From Candidatus Omnitrophota bacterium (GTDB taxonomy: Bacteria; Omnitrophota; Gorgyraeia; Tantalellales; Tantalellaceae): a stretch of DNA of 64,000 bases. Under the pieces are notes generated by a model. It saw only the letters and a program-made list of their open reading frames with translations. It was not told where the DNA came from and did no database searches. Both the position numbers and the translations under genes were made by a program. Shown here one piece after another: positions 9,233-19,032 of the stretch. The first letter of the stretch is position 1. Each line of letters begins with the position of its first letter. The stretch covers positions 133,547 through 197,546 of the forward strand of contig JADGBR010000002.1 in assembly GCA_015231405.1 (NCBI GenBank), in the 5' to 3' direction.

Positions 9233-9997
9233 TCATATGGCTTCTATCGCTCCAGATTCCACCCAGCCGCTTTTTTGACTTGAGAGTCGTATATGCGTCC
9301 AGGCGCCGTCTTTACCGAGGATCTGGGCTTTCATGCCTTCAACTAATTTGAACGCCACAACGCCTGTGAATGAAGGGCTGTATCGCACTTCTGCTTCCGG
9401 CTCCGTAACGATACCCTCTCTAAAATATTTTTTGGCGTTATAACCGTCAATAAAAGCCGCGAGCGATATCATGAAGAACAGTAAGAGTATCCCCGAGATC
9501 ACGCGGCTCCTGGCCTGGAAACCGTAACTCAGGGACCCGGCGCCCATGAGGAGACAAACTGACGAAAAAAAGACAACGGAAAAGATGAACCATGTTTTAA
9601 GGCGGAAAGCGTCTCTCACTCCCGTCCATACCCTGTAGATGAGCGATTGTCTTTCCAGCGGCGGAGCGAAGTCCGTCGCGGCCCTTATGAAAGATATATT
9701 AGCGAAAAGGTCTTCGTTATTCGGTATATATTTCGCCGCGCGTTCGTAATTGACAAGGGCCTTCCCTTTTTTGCCAAGTTTATAATACGTGTTCCCGAGA
9801 TTGTAATATAAGTTCCCGCTCTTTACCCCGTCAGAGATGAGGCTTTCGTATAGAACTGAGGCTTCCCGAAACCTATCCTCATCGTAGTTCCTGTTGGCCG
9901 TGTTGAATATTTCGTCCGGCGTCTCGGCGCGTGAGAACGTCGTTCCCGGGATAATAAGAATGATAGCGATAAAGGCGCATCTCATTATTAGTTTCAT
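9233..9997 (-). CDS. batE: BatE-like protein (signal peptide, TPR repeats, TM, C-terminal SH3b-like domain)
   Basis: TPR-like segment (YYNLGNTYYKLGKKGKALVNYERAAKY), internal TM, C-terminal SH3b-type region; last gene of a MoxR/vWA Bat-type operon; 4-nt ATGA overlap with upstream gene. Confidence 0.55.
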   Translation of the reverse strand: MKLIMRCAFIAIILIIPGTTFSRAETPDEIFNTANRNYDEDRFREASVLYESLISDGVKSGNLYYNLGNTYYKLGKKGKALVNYERAAKYIPNNEDLFANISFIRAATDFAPPLERQSLIYRVWTGVRDAFRLKTWFIFSVVFFSSVCLLMGAGSLSYGFQARSRVISGILLLFFMISLAAFIDGYNAKKYFREGIVTEPEAEVRYSPSFTGVVAFKLVEGMKAQILGKDGAWTHIRLSSQKSGWVESGAIEAI

Positions 9998-11898
9998 CTT
10001 AAGGTCCTTTCGAGCCGGGCGACTATATCGTTAGCGGTTTTAAAGTCCTTTTCCAGTTTAAGCGTATCCGCTGACATCGACGAATATACAGCCTCGTTCG
10101 CGCTATGGTACAGGGCTTTAAGCTCTTCCCGTTCTTTTTCGGCAAGGCATTTATCTCCGAGCTCATCCGCTATCGTCACCCCTACGCTTCCAAGCTGACG
10201 GTTCAGTTTTTCCGAAAGATACATGTTCAAGCCCTTTATGAGGGTATCGTAAAAATCCCTCGTCTCGCCTTTACGTAAATATCCCTCGGCGTTCCTGAAA
10301 AACTCCCTGGATCTTCTGAACGCCCCGCGGCTACGGGCGAAAGCCGCGTCCGTATCCAGCTTCCGGCGGCGCGTCCCCGCGAAGAACATCCCGATATAGA
10401 CCACTAAAGGAGGAAGGAATGAGAATAACCATACAGCCGGATCCTCATACGCCGGTTTTTCCGCTTTTACGACCTTACCTATATCGGTCATGATGTAATG
10501 AATATCTTTTTTCAGCACTTTAAGCTCCCTCTTATCGGATCCGGAGCCGCCTTCGGGAGTTAAAGTCACTACCTGTACTTCCGTTTCCTTTTCCGCGGGA
10601 GCGACATGTATATTGAACGGCCCTCTTTTTTCCGTCTGGTATTTACCCGTTGAGGGATTAAAGAAAATAAATGAGATATCGGGTATCCGGAAATCCCCGG
10701 CTGAACGCGGTATAAGGACCTTTTCGAATACCTTCTCTCCCCTGGACTCGCCTCCCGACTGTGACACGTTAACCTTGCTCTCGGGCTCATAACTTTTAAA
10801 ATCCTCTGATCCGGGTATTTGCGGCAGCTCCAGCTGTTCGATATTCCCGGAGCCTCTCACCTTCATGGTAAGCGTGATCGGCTCACCCGCCTTAAGAGCG
10901 ACCGGTTTCACATCGACATCGAACGTGAATTTTCCGACAGCTCCGTTATAGCCTACCGGCTTTTCATCGCCGGGGACCTCTTTTACCGTAAGGGTCATAT
11001 CGTTCGACCTCGCGGCGAAAGGTTCCGTGACAGCGTCTCTACCCAGACCGAAGAAATCGTTCATATCCGAATCGAAGAAACTGTCAATAACGCTCCTCGG
11101 CCTTGAGCGCTTGTACCCTGTGACCACGTCGCACTTCAGGAACACGGGCTCCAGCGGATAGATCCCTGCGGAAACAGGGGTGAGTATCTTCTGGAACGAT
11201 ATCACCATGTATTCCTGTCCTTTAAAGAATTCCCGCGTCCTCTGGGCCGGTATCTGTTTATCGCCGTTAACTATCAGCCTTTGATAATTGCGCTCGTCGT
11301 CCATGGGAGGATCCGAGATAAGAAAGTTCTTCAGCCCGTCAAGCCATGGGACATTTATGGAATAATTTCCGATATCCTTGCTGAAATACCATTTAAAGGT
11401 GAGGACGATCTTCTCCCCGAGATACGCTTCGGTTTTGTCCGCCCTCGCATCCAGGAAAATATCGCCTCTTTTTTCCGACTGGTCGAGGACATTCACCTGG
11501 AACGGCTCGGTCATGAACCTCTTCCCGTTAACGTTAACGGGAATGGACGGCACGGTGAACGTTCCCTTCTCCACAGGCATGAGCTCAAAATCGAAGCTAT
11601 ATCCTCCCCCGGTGCTTTCGTTCTTCACCTGGCGGCCGTTAATTATGACGGTCATGCTCGAGAAACCTTCCTGCCTGGCGCCGCGGTATTTTATGTTAAA
11701 ACCCGGTATTTCGGGAATGACCGGGGGAACTGGGTTCGCTACGCCGCTCTCGATAATGGTCAGTATCACGCTGTCGCCGAGTATTATCTCCTTCTGGCTG
11801 ACAGACATGCTGACCTTTTCACCGTCGGCCCCCGCCGTGATAGAGAGAAAGGAGATCAATACCCCCATGATCAATGGACTACCAATCTTTTTCAACAT
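9994..11898 (-). CDS. batD: BatD-like large exported protein
   Basis: About 630-aa protein with signal peptide (MLKKIGSPLIMGVLISFLSITAGA) and a C-terminal TM, sitting between the TPR (BatC) and BatE genes. The start is moved to internal Met at 11898 because the track ORF (to 12090) overlaps the BatC gene by 212 nt. Confidence 0.55.
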   Translation of the reverse strand: MLKKIGSPLIMGVLISFLSITAGADGEKVSMSVSQKEIILGDSVILTIIESGVANPVPPVIPEIPGFNIKYRGARQEGFSSMTVIINGRQVKNESTGGGYSFDFELMPVEKGTFTVPSIPVNVNGKRFMTEPFQVNVLDQSEKRGDIFLDARADKTEAYLGEKIVLTFKWYFSKDIGNYSINVPWLDGLKNFLISDPPMDDERNYQRLIVNGDKQIPAQRTREFFKGQEYMVISFQKILTPVSAGIYPLEPVFLKCDVVTGYKRSRPRSVIDSFFDSDMNDFFGLGRDAVTEPFAARSNDMTLTVKEVPGDEKPVGYNGAVGKFTFDVDVKPVALKAGEPITLTMKVRGSGNIEQLELPQIPGSEDFKSYEPESKVNVSQSGGESRGEKVFEKVLIPRSAGDFRIPDISFIFFNPSTGKYQTEKRGPFNIHVAPAEKETEVQVVTLTPEGGSGSDKRELKVLKKDIHYIMTDIGKVVKAEKPAYEDPAVWLFSFLPPLVVYIGMFFAGTRRRKLDTDAAFARSRGAFRRSREFFRNAEGYLRKGETRDFYDTLIKGLNMYLSEKLNRQLGSVGVTIADELGDKCLAEKEREELKALYHSANEAVYSSMSADTLKLEKDFKTANDIVARLERTLR

Positions 11899-12823
11899 AA
11901 TATCCCCGGCCTTTTTTTGATACCTGCTGGCTGGTAAGCTGGTTATTCTTATGGTCCCTGTCGAAAACGGTGAGGAATTTTTCGGCCTCCTCTTTTGAAG
12001 TGTCTTTTTTATCTTTACCGCCGGCCTCGGACTGTTTGTCCTTATCCCTGTCTTTGGGCTCTCCTTTCTCGGAGGAGCTGGATTGTTCACCTTCGTCGCC
12101 TTCCTTCTTATCCTCTTTATCAGCCGCCAGCATCGCCTTTTCCTTATCGGCTCCGGACTCTTTTTCCTCTCCTTCCTTCACGTCTTCCTTATTTAGGTCC
12201 TTGACGGATGCCGCCTCAGTTTTATCTTCTCCCTGTTTTTCGTCTTCATTATTCTGCTTCGCGCCGTCTGACTGCGAGGCCTGCTGTTTTTGACCGTCCT
12301 CTTTTTGCCGGTCCTCGCGCTCCTTATTCTCTTCGGCGGCCTTCTTCATAGTGTCCTTGGCCTTTGAAAGCATTTCCTTGATCATGCGCTCGGTATATTC
12401 GACGTTATACTTCGCGTCCTGGTCGTTTGGGTCCCTGGCGAGAGCCTGTTTGTAATATTCAAGCGCTTCACGGAGTTCACCCTGGTTAAAAAGGGCATTA
12501 CCGATATTATACATCGCTTTCGCCTCGATCGCTCTATCTCCTTTTTCCATGGATTTCCGGTATGAATCCACAGCCTCTTTATACTTAGCCTGCCTGAAAA
12601 ATACGTTCCCCATATTAAAGAACATCTCAGGGCTTGTCGGAAAGTCTATCCCGGCGTCGTTATACTTGGTGAGAGCCTTATCGTATTCTTTTTTGGCGAA
12701 TAATTTATTACCTTCTGATATTTTCCCGCTTAACCCGCCTCCGGCGGATGCGTCCCTCGACCCGCAACATAGGATAAGTCCCAATATCAGAATGACCGTT
12801 TTACTGTTCTTTATCTCTCTCAT
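11879..12823 (-). CDS. batC: BatC-like TPR protein with acidic/lysine-rich low-complexity tail
   Basis: Signal peptide; three to four TPR units (AKYKEAVDSYRKS..., AKAMYNIGNALFNQGELREALEYYKQALARDPND); long D/E/K-rich C-terminal region. Confidence 0.6.
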   Translation of the reverse strand: MREIKNSKTVILILGLILCCGSRDASAGGGLSGKISEGNKLFAKKEYDKALTKYNDAGIDFPTSPEMFFNMGNVFFRQAKYKEAVDSYRKSMEKGDRAIEAKAMYNIGNALFNQGELREALEYYKQALARDPNDQDAKYNVEYTERMIKEMLSKAKDTMKKAAEENKEREDRQKEDGQKQQASQSDGAKQNNEDEKQGEDKTEAASVKDLNKEDVKEGEEKESGADKEKAMLAADKEDKKEGDEGEQSSSSEKGEPKDRDKDKQSEAGGKDKKDTSKEEAEKFLTVFDRDHKNNQLTSQQVSKKGRGYYVEKDW

Positions 12824-13827
12824 GGTTTTACCCTCTTACGTTCCCCTATCACGGCCTCTATTACGTACAGTAGGATAGAAACAAAAAGCGGCCATTGGAA
12901 ACGGCTCTCGTAACGTTTCTGCCGTGACGATTCCAGTTCCTTTTTTTCCATCTTTGAGAGTTCGTCCTTATATATCTCTTCCAGAGGGAAACTCCCCGTC
13001 CCGATCGTCCCTTTTTTCCCTCCCGTCATTAGAGCGATCTTCTGCAACAATACAGGGTCTAACTTCGAAAGAACTATATTGCCGTCCTTATCCTTTATAA
13101 ATCCCTTCCTGCCGTCCTCGTCGAATACCGGGATAGGTGCCCCTTCCTGTTTCCCTATACCGATAGTGAATATCACAACCCCACGGTTCTTAGCCTCCTC
13201 TACCTCGTGCATGACCGTGTCGCCGTGGTCCTCACCGTCGGTGATAAGGATAAGCACCCGGTGTTTTTTCTCATGCCCCTCGAAAGCCTCCGTCCCGGCT
13301 TTTATGGCTTCACCTAAATTGGTCCCTCCCAGCGGTATCGTATTGACGTCCAGGTTATCGAGGAAAAGCTTGGCGGTCCCGTAATCCAGAGTGAGGGGAC
13401 ATTCCAGGAAAGCGCTCCCCGCGAAAGCGACTAAGGCTATCCTGTCTCCTTTCATTATATTTATGAGGCTCTTGATCTCACGCTTCGCGCCCTCAAGCCT
13501 CGTCGGTTTTATGTCTTCGGCCATCATGCTTTTCGAAAGATCGAGAGCGACGACGATATCCAGGCCTTTCCTTTTCACGTCCTTCCACTGGTATCCCCAT
13601 TGGGGCTGGCCCAGGGCGACCGCCAGGAAGAATAGGGCTGACAGGAAAAGTGCGGCGCGGATCTTCCTCGCGCGAAAATCAACCGACTTGACCAGGTGCT
13701 CAAGGACTACCCTGTCCGCAAAAGCCTCCAGTGCCTTCTGTTTCGCCTTGAACGCCCACATGAAGAATATCCCGACAGCTGCGACCGCCAACAAAAGCCA
13801 GAGATATCCGGGATCGCCGAACCTCAT
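12820..13827 (-). CDS. batB: vWA-domain membrane protein BatB
   Basis: N-terminal TM pair then vWA fold with MIDAS motif DLSKSM...TDGEDHG; 4-nt overlap with the downstream gene. Confidence 0.7.
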   Translation of the reverse strand: MRFGDPGYLWLLLAVAAVGIFFMWAFKAKQKALEAFADRVVLEHLVKSVDFRARKIRAALFLSALFFLAVALGQPQWGYQWKDVKRKGLDIVVALDLSKSMMAEDIKPTRLEGAKREIKSLINIMKGDRIALVAFAGSAFLECPLTLDYGTAKLFLDNLDVNTIPLGGTNLGEAIKAGTEAFEGHEKKHRVLILITDGEDHGDTVMHEVEEAKNRGVVIFTIGIGKQEGAPIPVFDEDGRKGFIKDKDGNIVLSKLDPVLLQKIALMTGGKKGTIGTGSFPLEEIYKDELSKMEKKELESSRQKRYESRFQWPLFVSILLYVIEAVIGERKRVKP

Positions 13828-13835
13828 TTAAGCTC

Positions 13836-14834
13836 CTATGGTAATGTCCTTAAGACAGTGTTACGCAATACTACCTCTATAAGCATGGCCGCCATCGCGA
13901 ACAACGCGAATAGCGGAAAAAGCTCCCTGTAATCCCCGTACGACGTTATCTCCATTTTCGTTCTTTCCAGCCGGTCTATCTCCGAATAGATCTCCTTGAG
14001 TTTTTCCGTATCGGTTGCCCTGAAATATCTTCCACCCGTCACTTCGGCTATTTTTTGGAGTGACGCGTCGTCAACATCGATCTTCACCCATTGGTACACC
14101 TTATTGCCGAAAAAGTCCCGAGCGGGATATGGCACCTCGCCTTTAGATCCTGCTCCTATAGTGTAGACCTTCACCCCGATCGCGTGAGCCATCTCCGCGG
14201 CATGGTCGGGATCCACGCGCCCGGCGTTATTGATGCCGTCGGTAAGGAGTATCACCACCTTACTTTTACTGTCCACGTCTTTAAGTCTTGCGAGCGCCGT
14301 CGAGAGCCCGTCGCCCACAGCCGTACCGTCCTCGACCATACCGATATCGATCCTGTCCAGGAACTTAAGAAGGACCCCGTAATCAAGGGTGAGCGGACAC
14401 TGCATATAAGCCGCGCCTGCGAATACCACAAGCCCGATACGGTCGTTGGAACGTTTTTTTATAAAATCCCTTACGACCTCCTTAACCGCTTCCAGGCGGT
14501 TCTTACGCTCTCCCTTAAGGACAAAATCCTCAGCCATCATGCTCCCCGATACGTCGACGCCGAGCACTATATCTATCCCTTCCGATCTTACCTTTGTCTC
14601 CTCGATCCCTTTTTGAGGCCTCATAAGCGCTAACACGAGGAGACATAGGGCAAGCGCCCTTAGCGCGATCAGAATATGCCTGGCCTTAAGGTTATTAGAC
14701 GGTTTCAGCCGCTTCAGGTTCTTTACGGACGAATATTTTATCCGGCCTTGGGGGCTGTGTTTCACGTACACCCATATCACTACGGGCACGAAAATGAAGA
14801 TCCAAACAATATTAATAAGATCGCTGAATATCAT
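13836..14834 (-). CDS. batA: vWA-domain membrane protein BatA
   Basis: TM helices flanking a vWA domain with MIDAS DVSGSM...TDGINNAG; paralog of the adjacent BatB. Confidence 0.7.
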   Translation of the reverse strand: MIFSDLINIVWIFIFVPVVIWVYVKHSPQGRIKYSSVKNLKRLKPSNNLKARHILIALRALALCLLVLALMRPQKGIEETKVRSEGIDIVLGVDVSGSMMAEDFVLKGERKNRLEAVKEVVRDFIKKRSNDRIGLVVFAGAAYMQCPLTLDYGVLLKFLDRIDIGMVEDGTAVGDGLSTALARLKDVDSKSKVVILLTDGINNAGRVDPDHAAEMAHAIGVKVYTIGAGSKGEVPYPARDFFGNKVYQWVKIDVDDASLQKIAEVTGGRYFRATDTEKLKEIYSEIDRLERTKMEITSYGDYRELFPLFALFAMAAMLIEVVLRNTVLRTLP

Positions 14835-14864
14835 TTCCCCTTTCCCTCGTATGTTTACGTTTAT

Positions 14865-14937
14865 TGTCAGTTGCCGGTTGCCCGTTGCCGGTTAACGGAA
14901 TACAACAACTGGCAACTGGCAACTGACAACGGACAAC
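14865..14937. repeat. Imperfect hairpin of GTTGCCGGTTGCC / GGCAACTGGCAAC simple repeats between Bat operon genes
   Basis: TTGTCAGTTGCCGGTTGCCCGTTGCCGGTT ... AACTGGCAACTGGCAACTGACAA; arms pair over about 23 bp with two mismatches. Confidence 0.6.
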
Positions 14938-14939
14938 GA

Positions 14940-15992
14940 TCATATTCGTTCCTTAAAAAGCGAATCTTCCCCGATAGCGGGGTCAGGCACCTTTTTCCTG
15001 TCCACCGGCGGAACTGTCTCAGTTGTCGCTACGACAAAATCACGCGCCGTCCTTATTATTTCGTTACCGTGGAACCTACCCGGATCGTATCCGGCGTATT
15101 TAACGAGATCACTCAGCTCCATGAACTCTTTCAACGGCCCGATGAACATTTTGTCCAGCTTATCCGAATTCCTGACATTACCCAGGAATTCTTCCGTGGT
15201 CTGTTCGGGCGCCCTTAAGGCGAAACGCCCCTCCAGGTATGTCCTTAAACATAAGGAAACCAGATAATAATGTTCTTTTGTCCTACCCTTCCCGCAAAGG
15301 TCCATATCTTCGATCCTTGTAAGTTCTAGAAGCGCTGTCTCATTAGGCGATAAAGGCGCTTTCTCTTCCTTTCGCGCGAATTTCTTCCTGTATAATGACC
15401 ACGATGCCGCGCCTCCAATGAGAACTAAGACAAGGATAGTAACGGCAAGAAGGACCGGCGTCCCGGACTTGACCGTCAAAGGCCCTTTGATATCCCGAAG
15501 CCCTTCTTTTTCGCCGGGCTTATCCATCACGCTTTTAACTTCAATGAAGATCTCGCTCGACTTCAGCTCGCTGAAAATACCGTCAGCCGACTTTATCCTC
15601 ACGATCTGCCCAGGTATTACGTAAGAACCGGTAGTATAGGTATCCATGAGATACCATTGGCTTTTACGGACGCGGCTCATTCCTAATTTTTTGTCGTCTT
15701 TCCCGAAATCTTTTACCGCAAACCCTCCCATTCCCGAAGAGTAGGAAGGGAATTCGGCCTCCATCCCTTTCTCCAGGTCTATCTCCAGTGTGTATTTCAC
15801 ATTTTCACCGATGGTTATTGTCGACTTATCCACGTAGGCGCGAAGTTCCGCCATCGCCGCTTTCGAAGTTGAAGTATACGCCCCCGTGAGCATGCCCTGA
15901 TCATTATCCTCGCCATAGGCTGTAACAAACCCGGATAGATATCCTGCCAGCAGAGATAACGCTAATATAGATATAAGGTTCAATCGTTTCAT
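14940..15992 (-). CDS. Exported hypothetical protein of the MoxR/vWA (Bat) operon
   Basis: Signal peptide MKRLNLISILALSLLAG; central TM; position matches the DUF4381-like 'third gene' of Bat operons. The start is corrected to 15992 because the track ORF (to 16031) begins by translating a REP-like repeat (LRFARNDGG). Confidence 0.5.
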   Translation of the reverse strand: MKRLNLISILALSLLAGYLSGFVTAYGEDNDQGMLTGAYTSTSKAAMAELRAYVDKSTITIGENVKYTLEIDLEKGMEAEFPSYSSGMGGFAVKDFGKDDKKLGMSRVRKSQWYLMDTYTTGSYVIPGQIVRIKSADGIFSELKSSEIFIEVKSVMDKPGEKEGLRDIKGPLTVKSGTPVLLAVTILVLVLIGGAASWSLYRKKFARKEEKAPLSPNETALLELTRIEDMDLCGKGRTKEHYYLVSLCLRTYLEGRFALRAPEQTTEEFLGNVRNSDKLDKMFIGPLKEFMELSDLVKYAGYDPGRFHGNEIIRTARDFVVATTETVPPVDRKKVPDPAIGEDSLFKERI

Positions 15993-16003
15993 CCCACTCT
16001 TTC

Positions 16004-16080
16004 CCCCGTCATTGCGAGCGAAGCGAAGCAATCCCTATATAGATCGCTTCGTCGGCCTCAGGGCCTCCTCGCGATGACGA
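16004..16080. repeat. REP/MITE-like palindromic element, copy 1 (CCCCGTCATTGCGAG ... CTCGCGATGACG)
   Basis: Shares termini and the internal GAAGCAATC/GATCGCTTCGTCG core with copies at 52446, 55997 and 57457. Confidence 0.8.
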
Positions 16081-17157
16081 TCAATTTTCCAGTCCTTCTC
16101 CTTCTTTCTTTCCTTCCGGCGATCCTTCGTCGTCCGGGGCTTTTTCGTCCGGGGCTTCGGCCTTGAACTTTTCGCTGTATATTTCCACGTCTTTTACGGA
16201 CAGTATCTCGTCCATGAACTTCGCCAGGCCTTTCTGCGCTTTTTCCTGGCGATAGGCCATCTCAACTTCGGCTCTCGCTTCGTCAAAAGCCTTCACCTTC
16301 CCGTCTTTCTTATCGGTAAATTTTTCTTTGTTCGCCTCATAATAATTACTGAGATCCGCCTCTTCGCTCTTTATCTTAGAGAAGACCTCGTCTTCGAGGA
16401 CCTTCCTTATGACCAGTTCTTTCTCGATCTCACCGGCTCTCTGTTTCACCTGTGGATCCCGGTGATACCCCATCTTCATCCCTTTCTCGTAGAAAAGTTC
16501 GTTGGCGACATACGTTCTCAGAAATTCCAGTTTTTTTGAATCGTTTTTTGTATACGCTTTTTCCATCCAGGGCGGCAGCTGCTCCATCTCACGGTTTATC
16601 TCGCTCATGGTGATCTCCCTGTCCTTGATCCTTGCCACGACTTCGCCTGACGGTTTTTTTGTTCCCTTGTCTTGGGCAAGGAGGGTCCTCTTCTCCATTT
16701 GATATTCCGCGTCAAGCGCCCGGTCGGACCTTTCGAGGCACGTTACGATGTTATTTCCTATTTCCTGTTTAAGCTTAGTCGCGGGATCGGCTATCTCCGC
16801 CTTATAAAAATAAGCCAGCGCTTCATCGTATTTTTTCGCGCCCATCAGCATCTCGCCTATCGTAAAATAGATATTGGACCGGGCGCTTTTGTCCACGCCT
16901 CCTTTCTCGACATATTCCTCATAAGCCTTCCTGGCCTCCTCGACCAGTCCGTCCCCCTTAAGTTTATTGGCGTATTCCCTTATCTGGCCGGCGCTCCAGG
17001 ACCCTTCCCTGCCGCCCCGCTTCGTCAGAGTGATCGTATTTAAGAGGATAAAAACGTTGACGACCGTAAGAACGGATAACAACACCGCGACCGCCTGACG
17101 AGCCCCATTGCCCCCTTCCTTCTTTTCTTTTTCGGGTAATATAGTTACCATTTTCAC
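16081..17157 (-). CDS. Membrane-anchored TPR-like/coiled-coil protein of the Bat operon
   Basis: N-terminal TM (AVAVLLSVLTVVNVFILL), TPR-like helical pairs, charged coiled-coil C-terminus; co-directional within operon. Confidence 0.45.
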   Translation of the reverse strand: MKMVTILPEKEKKEGGNGARQAVAVLLSVLTVVNVFILLNTITLTKRGGREGSWSAGQIREYANKLKGDGLVEEARKAYEEYVEKGGVDKSARSNIYFTIGEMLMGAKKYDEALAYFYKAEIADPATKLKQEIGNNIVTCLERSDRALDAEYQMEKRTLLAQDKGTKKPSGEVVARIKDREITMSEINREMEQLPPWMEKAYTKNDSKKLEFLRTYVANELFYEKGMKMGYHRDPQVKQRAGEIEKELVIRKVLEDEVFSKIKSEEADLSNYYEANKEKFTDKKDGKVKAFDEARAEVEMAYRQEKAQKGLAKFMDEILSVKDVEIYSEKFKAEAPDEKAPDDEGSPEGKKEGEGLEN

Positions 17158-17163
17158 TTCTCC

Positions 17164-18039
17164 TTATCTTTTCCTTTCTCTTCGCCTGAAGAACTTCATA
17201 AAAGGCTCCACATATGAGCCGCCGGTCTCGACATGGATCATGTCCATGTCGATCTTTCTGAAGAATCTGTCCCTGTCGGCCGCTTCTTTTCCCGCCAGGA
17301 CCTTTATCCCTTTCTGGAGGTTCGGGTCGGAGCTGTCCACTAGAAGCACCTCGCCCGTCTCGGCGTCCTCGAGCTCTATCAGCCCCAGCCCCGGGAACTC
17401 CCTTTCACGCTCGTCGCCTATGACCACGGCTATTATGTCGTGCCGCTTATTCGCTATCTGGAGGGCCCTTTCGTACCCTTCGGTCATGAAGTCCGATACC
17501 AGGAAGGTTACCATCCGTTTCTTGTTGACGGAATTGAAGAACTCGATCGACGCGGCTATGTCCGTACCTTTATGTTCGGGTTTGAAGGATAATATCTCGC
17601 TTATTACATGGAGCACGTGGCGTTTGCCTTTTTTCGGAGGGATATACTTCTCTACGGTATCGGTAAATATCACGAGCCCCACCTTATCATTGTTCTTTAT
17701 GGCCGAAAAGGCGAGCATCGCGCATAGCTCCGCCGCGTACTCGTTCTTAAGCTGCTGTTTCGATCCGAACTCGCCCGATGAGCTCGCGTCCACCATAAGC
17801 ATCACCGTTAGCTCCCTTTCCTCGACGAATTTCTTGACAAAAGGCTTACCCGCCCGGGCAGTCACGTTCCAGTCGATCGTCCGGATCTCGTCGCCGGGCT
17901 GGTACTCGCGCACCTCGTCGAATTCTATACCCCTGCCTTTGAACGTGCTGTGATACGCCCCGGCCAGCATGTCGTTCACAAGGTGCGAGGTATAGATCTG
18001 GATACGCCTCACTTTTTTAAGCAGCTCTTTCGTAAGCAT
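17164..18039 (-). CDS. DUF58 (vWA-like) protein, MoxR partner
   Basis: Hallmark DUF58 motif VREYQPGDEIRTIDWNVTARAGKPFVKKFVEERE and vWA-like core (VMLMVDASSSG); start overlaps MoxR stop by 1 nt. Confidence 0.75.
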   Translation of the reverse strand: MLTKELLKKVRRIQIYTSHLVNDMLAGAYHSTFKGRGIEFDEVREYQPGDEIRTIDWNVTARAGKPFVKKFVEERELTVMLMVDASSSGEFGSKQQLKNEYAAELCAMLAFSAIKNNDKVGLVIFTDTVEKYIPPKKGKRHVLHVISEILSFKPEHKGTDIAASIEFFNSVNKKRMVTFLVSDFMTEGYERALQIANKRHDIIAVVIGDEREREFPGLGLIELEDAETGEVLLVDSSDPNLQKGIKVLAGKEAADRDRFFRKIDMDMIHVETGGSYVEPFMKFFRRRERKR

Positions 18040-19031
18040 TACGGCACCACCACTGTGTCGAACACCTTGTTTATTATGTCTTCGGCAGATACGTCGTCGG
18101 CTTCGGCCTCATAGGTGATTATCACCCTGTGTCTTAGGACATCCAACCCAATGCTCTTTATATCCTGGGGCGTTACGTAGCCGCGCCCCTGGAGGAACGC
18201 GTAAGCCTTCGCCGCCAGGGTAAGAAATATCGTAGCTCTCGGAGAAGCGCCGTACTCGATATAGTTCTTCACGTCGAGCTTGTATGCTTCGGGCTCGCGT
18301 GTAGCCATTACAATGTCCACAATGTAAGAGGAAAGTTTTTCGTCTATATAAACCTGGTCCACAATGTCCCTTATCCTCAATATATCTTCCGGAGTTATAA
18401 CGCTTTCAACGGCGATCTTCTTCTTAACATGCGCCATCCTTTTAAGTATCTCCTGTTCCTCTTTTTTATTGGGATAAGAAACCTTCAGCTTCAGCATGAA
18501 CCTGTCTACCTGCGCCTCTGGCAGCGGATATGTCCCTTCCTGCTCGATCGGATTCTCGGTGGCCAATACCAGGAACAGCTCCGGGAGCTTTATCGTTTCC
18601 TCGCCTATCGTCACCTGCCTCTCCTGCATGGCCTCGAGAAGCGCGCTTTGCACCTTGGCCGGTGCGCGGTTGATCTCGTCCGCGAGAACTATGTTCGCGA
18701 AGACAGGACCTTTCTTTACCGAAAAACCGGCGTTCCTGGGATCGTATATCTGGGTCCCTATAAGATCGGCCGGAAGAAGGTCGGGAGTGAACTGTATCCT
18801 TTTAAAGGTCGCCTTTATGGCGTTAGCGAGAGTGGATACGGAGAGGGTCTTAGCCAGCCCCGGAACACCATCGAGAAGAACATGCCCATCGGCCAAAAGA
18901 CCGACAAAAAGACGGTCTATCAAATATTCCTGACCCACTATATTCTTGTGGATCTCTTCACGGAGCCTCGTCAATACCCCGCTTTCTTTTTTCACCTTTT
19001 CGGTTAAGGCCTGAATGTCTGTATGTAACAT
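18039..19031 (-). CDS. moxR: MoxR-family AAA+ ATPase
   Basis: Walker A GHVLLDGVPGLAKT, Walker B LADEINRA, sensor motifs; about 330 aa, typical MoxR size. Confidence 0.9.
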   Translation of the reverse strand: MLHTDIQALTEKVKKESGVLTRLREEIHKNIVGQEYLIDRLFVGLLADGHVLLDGVPGLAKTLSVSTLANAIKATFKRIQFTPDLLPADLIGTQIYDPRNAGFSVKKGPVFANIVLADEINRAPAKVQSALLEAMQERQVTIGEETIKLPELFLVLATENPIEQEGTYPLPEAQVDRFMLKLKVSYPNKKEEQEILKRMAHVKKKIAVESVITPEDILRIRDIVDQVYIDEKLSSYIVDIVMATREPEAYKLDVKNYIEYGASPRATIFLTLAAKAYAFLQGRGYVTPQDIKSIGLDVLRHRVIITYEAEADDVSAEDIINKVFDTVVVP

Positions 19032-19032
19032 T

